A stretch of DNA of 64,000 nucleotides from Mustelus asterias (taxonomy: Eukaryota): positions 85,374,001 to 85,438,000 of the forward strand of contig NC_135814.1 in assembly GCF_964213995.1 (NCBI RefSeq), given 5' to 3'. Below are positions 14,395 through 26,057 of this stretch, piece by piece (position 1 is the first letter of the stretch; the number at the start of each line of letters is the position of its first letter). Position numbers and translations under genes: made by a program. The notes below the pieces were generated by a model that saw only the letters and a list, made by a program, of their open reading frames with translations, had not been told where the DNA came from and did no database searches.

Positions 14395-14590
14395 TAGAAA
14401 TATAGAATCCCTACAGTGCAGAAGGAGGCCATCCAACCATCGAGTGTGCACCAACTACAGTCCCACCCGTAACCCCATGTCTTTACTCTGCTAATTCCCC
14501 TGACACTGAGCATCAATTCTGCATGGCAAATCAACCTAACCTGCACATCTTTGAACTGAGAGAGGAAATCGGAGCACCTGGAAGAAATCC
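14395..14590 (-). mobile_element. HE1-like V-SINE fragment, CR1-type tail
   Basis: atagaatccctacagtgcagaaggaggcc... matches the other copies. Confidence 0.8.
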
Positions 14591-15389
14591 CAACCCCCCC
14601 ACCCCCCCACCCCCCACCCGCCATCCACCCACCCACCCACACACACACACTTCAAACTCTCCCCTCCTACTCTTACTCCTGAGTTTCTTGGGAGACTTGC
14701 TGGCTGCCTGTCCTCCATTTTCCCAGTTTTAGTATAAAAATGCAACTGAGTGAAACTGTAGTTGAAAATAATTTTCAAAGCCTGTCCATGCACTAAAATG
14801 TTTCTTGTTCTCAGGGCAGTTCTCAACTCTCTGCACCCTCCTCATTTTGCTTGGTTAATAGTAAACCCTAGAGTCTGGAAATAACTTTTAATTTATGTAA
14901 TGATATTACCTGGATACTTGTTAGATTGGAAAAAGCAAAGTGCCAGAAGGTTACCTAGAAAACAAACCAAACTGTGGTTCCAAAGCCAGTTTCCTGCCTG
15001 CAACAGGTGAAAAATACTTTTATATTAAGCTCCTGTGATGTTGAGTCCACTAGACTGTTAGCGTCTCAATACCCCTGCTTCTTGCAGAATTGACTGATCT
15101 CAATAAGGGTGATGGTGGACATTCCACATTGGGCTTCATCATTTTATACTGGGTAAAATTCAGCCAGCTTTCCTATTGTCAACTAGCTATGTCTGTGGCT
15201 TGGATTTCCACTTCTGAGGGTTTTAAAAAATTCATTTATAGGATGTAAGCATCGCCAGTATTTATTGTCCATCCCTAATTTCCCTTGAGAAGGTGGTGGT
15301 TAACTGCCTTCTTGAACCGCTGCAGTCCCTGTGATGTAGGTAAAAGCACAGTGCTGTTATGGAGGAAATTCCAGGATTTTGACCCAGAG

Positions 15390-16290
15390 TGCATGTGGGG
15401 GAATTTTTAAGCTCACCCGCCTCAGATTAATCTCTTCCAACTGGTGGGATTTTCCACCACCACCACCCTTTGCCTTTACACCCTCCATGCCAACTCACCT
15501 GATATCCATCATGGACAGACCTCAGGAGCCATGTTGAAATGAAATAAAGTAAAGTTCTAAATATCTATGATAGCCTTCACTTTATTTAAAACAAACACCC
15601 CATTCATGAAAATCCATTACATTTTTTAAATTCCCTCAATACTTGATCCCTTATAAAATCAAATGGACTTGTATTGTAGTCCCACATAAAGGACAACTAA
15701 TTATTTAATACCCTCTTTAAGCTGTCGATCAAACTATGAATTTAAGACCCTCTGTTGGAGTAATTATAACTTGCCGGTAGCAGCCAAGCGTTAATAATGA
15801 CATAATGATAAACCTTGGGGAAATGCCAACAAACAGCTTTTGTAACTCTCAGACTATGTTTGTTTTTCCTCTCACTAACACAGGCAACCTTTATTTCTTT
15901 AACAACATTGGGGATTTAAGTAACTTCACAGGTTGACTTTTCTTACCTCTCACTGACGCAGGCAAGTTTCCTTTCCCTTTTTTAAAGGACTGTGAATTTA
16001 AATAATTTCATATCCTGACAGCTCCACAAACCCTCACCACACTTCAACAGTACTTATATCTACTCTCGAAATTTGTAATTGCCACACTACGGCTCAAGGC
16101 CCTTGTGATAATGGGGTCTGGTTAAACTCAGCACTGAGTTCAAATGGCCCTGTTGAGTTCAAGTTTCCCCCATGGGAGTCAAACCCCACCCACTTGTCCC
16201 TATCAGCAAAAATGGGATCTGTCAGAATAGGGACAGGACTTCCAGGTCCAAATCCGCCCACTGTTTTGAAAGATCTTTGGAGTCTCCACA
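15390..16290. repeat. Unclassified interspersed repeat (related copy at 51490-52960)
   Basis: Shared collinear blocks: cagacctcaggagc.atgttga, tgtc.atcaaact.tgaa, cataatgataa.cctt.ggaaat, aaggcccttgt...ggggtctg.ttaaact. Confidence 0.55.
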
Positions 16291-16453
16291 ACCACACAAG
16301 AATCCAGCCCTGTGAGCCAGTGTCATCATTTGTCTTGATTTACAATGATCTCTACTGTGAATAGTCTGCCGACTATTGCCAAAGCTCATGCATGAAAAAT
16401 GACCACTGGAGTGAGGTTCTGAAAGGTGATTGACACTCTGGGAACCAAATCCC

Positions 16454-16709
16454 ATGATGTGGAGATGCCGGCGTTGGACTGGGGTAAGCACAGTAAGAAG
16501 TCTCACAACAGTAGGTTAAAGTCCAACAGGTTTATTTGGTAGCACAAGCCACAAGCTTTCAATTTTGTAAATTGAGTTTGTGTCTTTATATGCCCTGTTT
16601 GGGAACAGAACTCCCACTCACCTGATGAAGGGGCAGCGCTCGAAAGCTTGTGGCTTGTGCTATCAAATAAACCTGTTGGACTTTAATCTGGTGTTGTGAG
16701 ATTTCTTAC
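16454..16709. mobile_element. Penelope-like element pseudo-LTR fold-back insertion containing a hammerhead motif
   Basis: Inverted arms 16493-16560 / 16642-16709; same terminal sequence as the PLEs at 33283 and 46596; imperfect TSD caaatccc/caaattcc. Confidence 0.85.
16619..16652 (+). ncRNA. Minimal type I hammerhead ribozyme motif (PLE-type)
   Basis: CAC-CTGATGA-A-GGGGCAGCGCTC-GAAA-GC-TT-GTG; stem II is one base short. Confidence 0.55.
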
Positions 16710-16834
16710 CAAATTCCAGGCAGAAGTTAATGCCTACAGTGAGAGTAAAGGAGAAAGTTGACTGTACAGAACATGCGATGTTCTGGAGATTTGAAGAGCA
16801 CTATATAAATGCAAATTCTTTTTTTGTGGGAGCT

Positions 16835-16977
16835 GAGTCCGGATGACCCTTTGACAAAGCTTTGGCTCGAAACGTCAGGCCTTTTTTCTCCTTACAGATG
16901 CTGCCAGACCTGCTGAAATTTTGCAGTATTTTCTCTTTTGGTTTCAGATTCCAGCATCCGCAGTAATTTCCTTTTAT
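16835..16977 (+). mobile_element. Remnant of a second PLE-like terminal repeat family
   Basis: ctcgaaacgtcag...cagatgctgccagacctgctga...ttcagattccagcatccgcagt, preceded by an inverted half of a degenerate hammerhead. Confidence 0.5.
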
Positions 16978-17877
16978 CCAAAGTTGGCGAGAGCACAGAC
17001 AAGGCAGAAACATCTTTTCCCTCCTCTCTGCTGGGAAAATAAGAGGGTAGTTGTAGCATCAGATGGCTGAAACTGCCACAGAAAATATCTTTTTCCTTTC
17101 AAAGTGACTCTATGCAATAAACTGATGTGAGCACGTTATTGCTTTAAGCAAGATTTTATGCAAATGAAGTCATTAAAATAATGAGTGGTTTTATTAATCA
17201 TGTTCAGTTTGTCATTTGGAGTGAATTCCGCACCTGTATTTCAAAACGTTGTGTGACCTGAGGAGGGGTTAGGATTTCAGAATTTTCCTGCTTACATGTC
17301 TATTGGAAATAGCAAGTCAGATCCTTAACGACCAGGTGACAATTCATACAATAGAATGTGTAGAACACCCCCAGGATGTGCGGTGTGGTTTTCTCAGCTT
17401 TTTATTGGATATTTCAAACCTGTTAACTAACCAGCAACTGCAAGCTTTAGCAAAGTGATTCAGCTCCCACAAAGAAAGAATTTGCATTTATATAATGCCC
17501 TTCAAATCTCCAGGACATCGCATGTACTGTACAGTCAATAAACATTTTAAAATGTAGGCCAATAGAACTCAAAACTTTTGCGAAATGTCTACCAACTTTT
17601 AACAATACCAGAAATTGGACTAATCTCAGATTACCCATTCAGAAAGACCCCCTGGTCCCCTCTTACCTTTATCTAATTGTTCCTTAAATGATGCAAAGGT
17701 TTTTGCCTCAGGTACTTTACCCAAAGTTTAATTAATCACCTATGTTGTGAAGCACTTTCTAAAATCAGCCCTCAATTTCCGTTACGCTAGCTTGTACCTG
17801 TCCACATGTCTTACCTGGTTTACTTTGAAATAATTATCTTTATCTAACATTTCTATTCTGCTTATCTCATATATAAG

Positions 17878-18172
17878 GGGCAGCACGGTGGTTAGCACTG
17901 CCACCTCACAGCGCCAGGGACCCAGGTTCAGTTCCGGCCTTGGGTGACTGTGTGGAGTTTGCACGTTCTCCTGTGTCTCCGTGGGTTTCCTCCGGTTGCT
18001 CCCGTTTCCTCCACAGTCCAAAGATGTGCGGATTAGGTTGATTTGCTAAAAATTGACCCTTAGTGTCAGAGGGATTAGCAGGGTAAATACGGGGATAGGG
18101 CCTGGGTGGAATTGTTGTCAGTGCAGGCTCGATGGCCGAATGGCCTCCTTTTGCACTGTAGTGATTCTATGA
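17878..18172 (+). mobile_element. HE1-like V-SINE, CR1-type tail
   Basis: Head, V domain and tail as in the 12121 copy. Confidence 0.9.
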
Positions 18173-19151
18173 TAAGATCTCTCAAATGCATCCTTTCAAA
18201 GCTGAAAAGCTCAGGTTTCTCCAATCTTTCCTCATTCTTCACTTCATTCTTTAATTTGTTCTCACAAAGTAGGTGATGCTGGTGGGGCCAAATGTATCGC
18301 TCATTCCTAATTGTCCACAGAAGGTGGTTGGTGAATTGCTTTCTTCAACCGCTGCCGTATTTCTAGTGATAGTGTTTTCGCAATGTGGTTAGATAGAGAA
18401 TCCTAGAGTTTGAATCAGCAGCCACCATGTCCAGGCAAGCGATGATTATTCTAAACTCCTGACTTGAGTTTTAGATGGGGAGAAACATTGATGGGTGAGC
18501 CACTCTTCATAGGATATCTCAATCTCCGACCTGCCGGTGAATTCTGCTCTCCTCAAAAACATCCAGAGTTTGAATATCTCCTTTGCTACTCAGTGACCAG
18601 AGCTGGTGTTATCTGACCAGAGCATTAGACAGTTTGACTTTCTCTGATTGTATGCTACTGTTTTGGTTTACAGAGTTTAACACACTCTCTGCTTTTCCAA
18701 TTACTGTCCTATCACGTTGAGCATGATGTCTATTTCTAGCCTTGATTTCACATGGTTTCATCTTTAGTTTTTTCAACACTATTTGTGAAGGGCTTACATT
18801 GTCCATTTTTCTTCCTGTATAAAGTAATCTAAATTTGGCCATATTAAATATAATTTTACAAACTCTGACCCACTTACATATTCTGTCCAATTCATTTTGT
18901 CATTCCCAACCACCTCGGATTCAGTTGCTCTCCAGTCAACCTCACTTTGATATCTTCTGTAAATTAAACCAATTCGTATTGAATTCCAAATTGTACATTG
19001 GAAACAATGGGTGATGATGAGGTATACTCAATATAGCTTATATACTTAATATACTTAATATTCGTATAGCTGGAGAAGCAATTATAGCTTGATGTCAAGG
19101 TTAATACATCCGGCAGCACATTCAGAAAACCTGAGCCAACGTCAAGATGAC

Positions 19152-19470
19152 GGCGGCATGGTGGCACAGTGGTTAGCACTGCTGCCTCACAGCGCTAGGG
19201 ACCCAGGTTCAATTCCCAGCTTGAGTCACTGTCCATGTGGAGTTTCATGCCCTCCCCGTGTCTGTGGGTTTCCTCCGGGTCCTCCGGTTTCCTCGCACAG
19301 TCCAAAGATGGGTGGATTAGGTGGATTGGCCATGCTAAATTGCCCCTTAATGTCAGGGGGACTGGCTAGGGTAAATGCACGGGGTTATGGGGATAGGGTT
19401 GGGTGTGATTGTGGTCGGTGCAAACTTGGTGGGCCGAATGGCCTCCTTCTGCACTGTAGGGATTCTGTGA
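19152..19470 (+). mobile_element. HE1-like V-SINE, CR1-type tail
   Basis: Head, V domain and tail as in the 12121 copy. Confidence 0.9.
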
Positions 19471-19477
19471 TGAGAGT

Positions 19478-20100
19478 GAATCTCATACACAAACTGCAGG
19501 TAACACCTGGGGCGACAGAACCAACAAACTACACAAAGCTCCACTTGCCCTAGTCTGCCTACCAGCAGAGTACTTTCTCAACCTGGCTCAGGAGTCGCCA
19601 CACAAACAGAGGTGGACATCCACTTCCAGGAAGTCATGAGGTTTATTTCTGGGATGTGGAGGCCAACATGGCTTCCTGTGATAACACATATTGGACATCC
19701 TGATGTCCACAGGGAAAATATTCTCTTCAAAGAACACCAATGGCTGACAGCTAACGAAGCATTCCTTTTGACATCGGACCTCAAAAGAAGCCGCATGCGC
19801 TCGTCTGAAATTCCCTAAATCCTCCTGGAACACACTCCACACTGATTGACCGCGAAGATCACCAACCACAACCTCGTAACTGATCTGAATGAAGTCCCAG
19901 GTTTCAACCTTCCATGTAAAATTTGGGCAACTTTCAGCCACTTGAGGGGAGATGTGACCACTTGCTCCACATTGTGACTGCCATCCAAGTTAGACGAACA
20001 TCCACATACTGAATTTCTGCCCTGAGAGATCCATTCCTGGTTGCATCAAAATCATGCATGCTATCTCAGCTGAAGCCATTGAATGGGTTGTTAACCTCGT
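19478..20100 (+). mobile_element. Vingi/Ingi-like LINE 3' fragment, degenerate
   Basis: Frameshifted LIHKL..TWG, ALVC..AEY and VDIHFQEVMRFISGMWRPTWLPVITHIGHPDVHRE, homologous to 32400-33090. Confidence 0.65.
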
Positions 20101-20122
20101 TAGTTTTAAGTTTTTTTAAGTG

Positions 20123-20391
20123 TAAAGTTTATTTATTAGTGTCACAAGTAGGTTTACATTAACACTGCAATGAAGTTACTGTGAAAATTCCCTAGTTGCC
20201 ACACTCTGGTGCCTGTTTGGGCACACTGAGGGAGAATTTAACATGGCCAATGCATCGAACCAGCACGTCTTTCGGATTGTGTGAGGAAACCGGAGCACCC
20301 AGAGGAAGCCCATGGAGACACAGGGAGAACGTGCAGGCTCTGCACTGACGGTGACCCAAGCCGGGAATTGAACCTGGGTCCCTGGCGCTGA
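20123..20391 (-). mobile_element. V-SINE with alternative (Rex/Babar-like) tail
   Basis: Same head and V domain, but the tail is ttcacagtaacttcattgcagtgttaatgtaa.cctacttgtgacactaataaataaac. Confidence 0.88.
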
Positions 20392-21291
20392 GAGTCAGTA
20401 CTGGTATTAACATTTGTATGTTAATGTCAGTACTGACTCCTTCAGTGCATACACAGTGCTGCAGTCATTGAGCAGATACTACTGTTTCAATTGGAGAAGG
20501 AAAAAGGACTGAAAAATAAATGAAATCTTAGAACTTCCTTCGGTTTCAAACACAAATCAGTGGCTGCGACTTGCACCCATATAGCTGTGAATCTAGGGGC
20601 AGAAATTACTTCCTGCAAATTATGAGTGTTTTTTTAAGAGTGCAGTGTGTGGTTAGCAGCAAGTACAAATGAATTAAGATAATAAACAGGAAATTCAGAT
20701 GAACATGGCCCTGTAATGTGTTTGTCAGTGCAGTAATACTTTCAAAATGCAATTTCAACCCTGGAGTAAGAAGGCATTTAGATTTAAGTCAACTTGAGAT
20801 CTCCGAATTTAACTGACTTTATTTGACATTAACATTTGCCAATACAATTACCCTGCAAAACAAAATCTAATTTGTCCGTGCGGCAAAATTATTGGGTCAT
20901 CGGGCTTTTTTTTGGTCACAACATAACTAAAGCAGGATAGTCCTATTTCTCACATTTCATTCACGATTAAGAATATTCAGTCTTCATGGTTTCATTGTGA
21001 AGTATCAGTAATGCTCAATTGACGCATACTTTCATCTTATGAAAATGTTCCAGATTGTAACTAAGCTGCTGTAGCCTGGTAGCAGCTAGGCAACAGTGAT
21101 CTGCACATAATTTGGACTGACACAGGAGTCATGTAATGCAAGTGGAATCCTATTCCAATTGACCCATTTCTTTTCATGCCCTGGTTATCCTGCAGTTCAA
21201 GAATTGTAGCAGGTCTGAAATCTAGCTCTGGGTGGACTGTATAGCCGTACTGAGTTCCTCCTGAACTCTGCAAATTAGGACAAAAGTCAGC

Positions 21292-21418
21292 GGGCGGGAT
21301 TTTCCAGCCATGCTCACCCCAAGGCCGGAAAACCCCACCTGAAATCAACGGACCTTTGCATGGTGCGTGTCCCGCCCACTACGATTTCTGTGGCGGGCAG
21401 GATGGGAAAATTCCACCC
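21292..21418. mobile_element. 127-bp Harbinger-type MITE
   Basis: TIRs gggcgggattttcc / ggaaaattccaccc; 3-bp TSD AGC (21289-21291, 21419-21421). Confidence 0.75.
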
Positions 21419-21939
21419 AGCATTCTTTACTGAGACCTGTACAGCTTGGAGTAGGTCATTCCTTTTACTCCTTTCCCAATTGTCTTCCTTTTTTTTTCCG
21501 TGTTACTCCTTTTCTTTCAAAGTTTGAGATTCACATTGCAATTTGGATGTACTGGTGCCAGTAGCCTTTCAACGCTTCACCCAAAGTGGCTATTGTTCAT
21601 GTGTAAGCCTTGACAGTATGTTGATGGTTTCTTACACAATGGGTGTTATAACCAAGCTCAAACTTGTCCTCACGCTTCACCTACACAGGTAGACTTTCCA
21701 TTAGGGATGACTTGATTGAAAGCAGCAGCATCTTTATTGGTCCTCCTGCTGACAAACTCACTCTGCAATAGAAACAGGGTAATTTCACCACACTAGAGCC
21801 GAGATGCAGGAATACAGAACTGCTTTATTCAAGTCACTCCATATTGCCAACTGGGTGTCTAAAACTGACTTTTTTCTCTGCCTCCTCCAAGACTTGAGTG
21901 CCTCCTAACTACGTCATGACCACAACGGGACAACAGCAA

Positions 21940-22110
21940 TAGCGTGCATTTAAGTTACACCTTTAACATAGTAAAACATCCCAAGGTACTTGACACAAGT
22001 GTAATGAAACTAAATTGGACTACGAGCCACATAAGGAGATATAAAGCCAGCTGACCAAACGTTTAGTCAGAGAGGCAGTTTCAAGGGCTGTTTCAAGGTG
22101 TGTTTAGGGA
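21940..22110 (-). mobile_element. L2-type LINE 3' end fragment
   Basis: gcatttaagttacacctttaacatagtaaaacatcccaagg, a typical L2 tail in reverse. Confidence 0.5.
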
Positions 22111-22284
22111 AAAAGAGAGGTAATGGAGTTTGCACCAATCCCACAAAATAGCGTGTGGGCCTAAAAATCGGCTCCATGCCCGGCACCAAACTGTTTGCAA
22201 TAGTCCCAGTCCCTTTATATTGATGCAAACCAGATCTCACCCAGAAAGGGCGCGAGAGTGATTAACACGACATTGACTCAGAGA

Positions 22285-22435
22285 GGGAGTGAACTCTGCA
22301 GGGGTGGTGATCGGAGAGGGAGGGAACTCTGCATGGGTGGTGATCGGGGAGGAAGGGAACTCTGCAGGAGTGATGATCGGGGAAGAGGGAAACTGCAAAC
22401 AGGTAATCGGAGAGGGAGGGAATTCTGTAGGGGTG
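22285..22435. repeat. ~33-bp minisatellite (about 4.5 copies)
   Basis: gaactctgca recurs at 22291, 22324 and 22357, with degenerate later units. Confidence 0.8.
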
Positions 22436-22646
22436 CTGAATGGCATGGTGGGGTGGAGTGGCAATGTCCATGGGGGGAGGGGGGGTGCAACGTAGACCTG
22501 CACAGGAGGCAATAAGTGGGGGAGGGAGGTCCCAATGTCCGTGAGATGGGTGGGGGGATGAGCTCAGGCATCACCCCCCCACCCCCACCCCTCACCACCA
22601 CCTCCCCTACTGGCAAGAACAGCATCCTGGCACTTCTTTTGCAGTC

Positions 22647-23190
22647 ATGATGTGGAGATGCCGGCGTTGGACTGGGGTAAACACAGTACGAAGTCTCACA
22701 ACACCAGGTTAAAGTCCAACAGGTTTATTTGGTAGCAAAAGCCACTAGCTTTCGGAGCGCTTGCTGCTCCTTTGTCAGGTGAGAGGGAGTTCTATTCTCA
22801 AACTCTGATTCACAAGTCTCTATTCACAAGTCTCTGATAGCCAAGTTCCGCACACATGAGGACGGCCTCAACCGGGATCTTGGGTTCATGTCACACTATC
22901 TGTAACCCCCATGACTTGCCTGGGCTTGCAAAATCTCACTAACTGTCCTGTCTGGAGACAATACACATCTCTTTAACCTGTGCTTAATGCTCTCTCCACT
23001 CACATTGTCTGTACATTTGAGACTTGATTACCTGTAAAGACTCGCATTCCAACCATTATTTTGTAAATTGAGTTTCTGTCTTTATATGCCCTGTTTGTGA
23101 ACAGAACTCCCACTCACCTGACGAAAGCTAGTGGCTTTTGCTACCAAATAAACCTGTTGGACTTTAACCTGGTGTTGTGAGACTTCTTAT
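22647..23190. mobile_element. PLE fold-back insertion (inverted pseudo-LTR plus 3' fragment)
   Basis: TSD ttcttttgcagtc (22634-22646) / ttcttttgcactc (23191-23203); includes the GIY-YIG C-terminus KFRTHEDGLNRDLGFMSHYL*. Confidence 0.9.
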
Positions 23191-24025
23191 TTCTTTTGCA
23201 CTCAGTGATGTAAGATTGTGACTTGCAGCTCGCTCAAAAAACCAGCACGATTCTCTCCCGTTTTTTCACACATTCGGGGCTTAGAATGTTTTTCAGAGCC
23301 CTTAATTTTTATTTTGGAAATTCCTCCCTATATTTCAGCACCATTCAGTTTTTCTTTTCCCTCTTGCAGTCCTATCCTCACTCAACATTGAGACGAGCCC
23401 AATTCCTGAAATACCAGACATCAGTCAGAGTTGTAAATCTGCTCACATTTTTCTTTGCCTGAATTCAGGTGCAGAGAGTAATTATAATGCTCTCCCAAAA
23501 ACCTGAAATAAAATAATTTAGCACAGACTGATGATCAAAGCTGGGATCTTTGTTGTGTATGTATGATTTTATTGAAGGAAGAGTGGGAAACAAGACAGAC
23601 AAAATGATGAGAATTAGTGGCAGTGATTTAACCTTTTCCCTCTCCAAGAGAAATCTTAAAACAGACATATGTGAATGGAGCGCACTTAATGATTTGAATT
23701 TTCTTCTCTCCGCACTATTTAACCTTATTCTGCTGAAGCCGCTGCCTCATGTGGAACCCTCTGGAACCTTGCCAAAGGAGAATTTCTTTGTATGTGAGGA
23801 TGGAAATTGAAAGTTGACATATTATTTGATCATGGAATTGTTTGGCCTAGTATAGTTCTTATTTAACATACATATATTGCACCATTTCAGCAGCATCACT
23901 AGATGATACCATATGAGCATATTTTCCCCTTCCTAGTTTCGGAACATTGCCATTTCAGCCCAAATACATGCGTGAATTATTTATTCAGTGGGCGGAGCTA
24001 GGTTCGGCTGACTGATGGGCTGGTT

Positions 24026-24304
24026 AAAGTTTAAAGTTTATTTATTAGTGTCATCAGTAGGCTTACATTAACACTGCAATGAAGTTTTACTGTGAAAATC
24101 CTCTAATCGCCACACTTCGGCGCTTGCTCGAGTACACTGAGGAAGAATTTAGCACGGCCAATGCACCTAACCAGCACGTCTTTCAGACTGTGGGAGGAAA
24201 CCGGATCACCTGGAGGAAACCCACGTAGACACGGGGAAAACATGCAAACTGCACACAGACAGTGACCCAAGGCCGCAATTGAACCCAGGTCTTTGGAGCT
24301 GTGA
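24026..24304 (-). mobile_element. V-SINE with alternative (Rex/Babar-like) tail
   Basis: As the 20123 copy. Confidence 0.88.
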
Positions 24305-24466
24305 ATAAATCTTAATCAGAAACCCAAGCTCTGTTAGTATCAGTAATTTGAGGAAAAAAGTGAAAATTAATAAGACTGTATGAAAAGTTTTACATATGGC
24401 CCTTTGGACCCATGGTGTGCCCCCTGTGCTGCTCCACAAAATCAAAGTTTGAACATCCCTGTCCCT

Positions 24467-25107
24467 GATTATTTGATTTGATTTATTATTGTCACATGTA
24501 TTAGCACACAGTGAAAAGTACTGTTTCTTGCGAGCTATGCAGACAAAACATACCGTACTTAGAGAAGGAAATGAGAGAGTGCAGAATGTAGTGTTACAGT
24601 CATAGCCAGGGTGTAGAGAAAGATCAACTTAATGCGAGGTAAGGCCATTCGAAAGTCTGATGGCAGCAGGGAAGAAGCTGTTCTTTAGTCGGTTGGTATG
24701 TGATCTCAGACTTTTGTATTTTTTTCCCGATGGAAGAAGGTGGAAGAGAGTATGTCCGGGGTGTGCGGGGTCCTTGATTATGCTGTCTGCTTTTCCATGG
24801 CAGTGGGAAGTATACACAGAGTCAATGGATGGGACACTGGTTTGCATGATGGATTGGCTACATTCATATTAGCATAGACAGGGACATGCCCTCCACTACG
24901 CTTCCTGAAGTTGATGACTGTCTTCTTCATTTTGTTGACATTGAGGGAGAGATTATTGTCATCGCACCAGTTCACCAGATTCTCTATCTTTTTCCTGTAC
25001 TGTGTCTTGTCGTTGGTTGAGATCCGACCCACAACGGTGGTGTCATCAGCAAACTTGAAAATCGAGTTGATGGGGAATTTGGCCACACAGTCAGGGGTCC
25101 TGGTGTA
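24467..25107 (-). mobile_element. Rex1/Babar LINE fragment with internal deletion
   Basis: [15 protein letters not shown]; same 3' end as the 5337 copy; ~270 bp missing near 24868 relative to it. Confidence 0.85.
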
Positions 25108-25930
25108 AGTTTGAACCTGCAAGCTTCTGAGTTAGATTGGATTGCAACTGCATCAGATGAGCTGGCACTGTAAGAATATATTTAGATGCTATTCACAGAA
25201 TAAAGATGCAACTTAATTCTTTCATCCAGTCTTGTGATTTATGAAAATAATCAACTTAAGTTCTGCCAATGTAAATCCACTTCTCTGCGTGTTTAGTCAG
25301 CACACATCTTTTGCGGCACTGTCTTGACCTCATTACATGTTAATTGCCTTTGCACTGATGTTTGAATGCAGAAAGGACAGTTGGTATGGTAACCAAAAGC
25401 TGAGAGACTTGCCTGCCATATCAGGCCATGTAACATCAGTCGACATCATCACTTTGTCTGACTCATCCAGCTTGATAGCTTGTTGCTGAACTCGGGAGAA
25501 GTCGACAAGGAGAACATGTACGGCCTGAAGACAGATGCAGGTTCTGACAGAGCAGCTGAAAATATCTCTTTGTGGTATATTTTTAATAATCATCGCTGTG
25601 TCGACTGACTAAAAACTCTGCTACCTTTCACTTAGCAATTCCAGTGATGTGCTTTGTAATTTGCTTTAATGGTGTTTCCAAAAATAGAATATACGATTAA
25701 AATCTGATGTGTTTAATACCTTGAGGTAATTTTACCTAACCGACTAAAACTATACCACCTATACCATCACTGACTCTCAGACAGAGGGATTTGCATTTCA
25801 GATACTAGGCACTGGTATTATGAGATGTTCTCTCTTCCACAATCTAAAATTGTGGTATCCTACAAAAGTCAATTTCAATATCCGGTGCCATTCTACTTCA
25901 CAAAACAGAAACCGACAGATAGGGGGGCAG

Positions 25931-26057
25931 GGGGTGGATTTTCCATCCCGCCTGCCACAGGAATCGTCGCAGGCAAGGGGCAGACCATGCAAAGGTCCAT
26001 TGACCTTGGGCAGGATTTTCCAATTTTGGAGCGAGCACAGCCAGAAAATTCCATCCC
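25931..26057. mobile_element. Harbinger-type MITE (reverse-oriented relative of 21292)
   Basis: TIRs ggggtggattttcc / gaaaattccatccc; internal ccatgcaaaggtcc is shared with 21292-21418. Confidence 0.7.

Noticed and set aside
22237-22515. Repetitive-peptide ORFs
   Set aside because: A by-product of the 33-bp (multiple of three) minisatellite.
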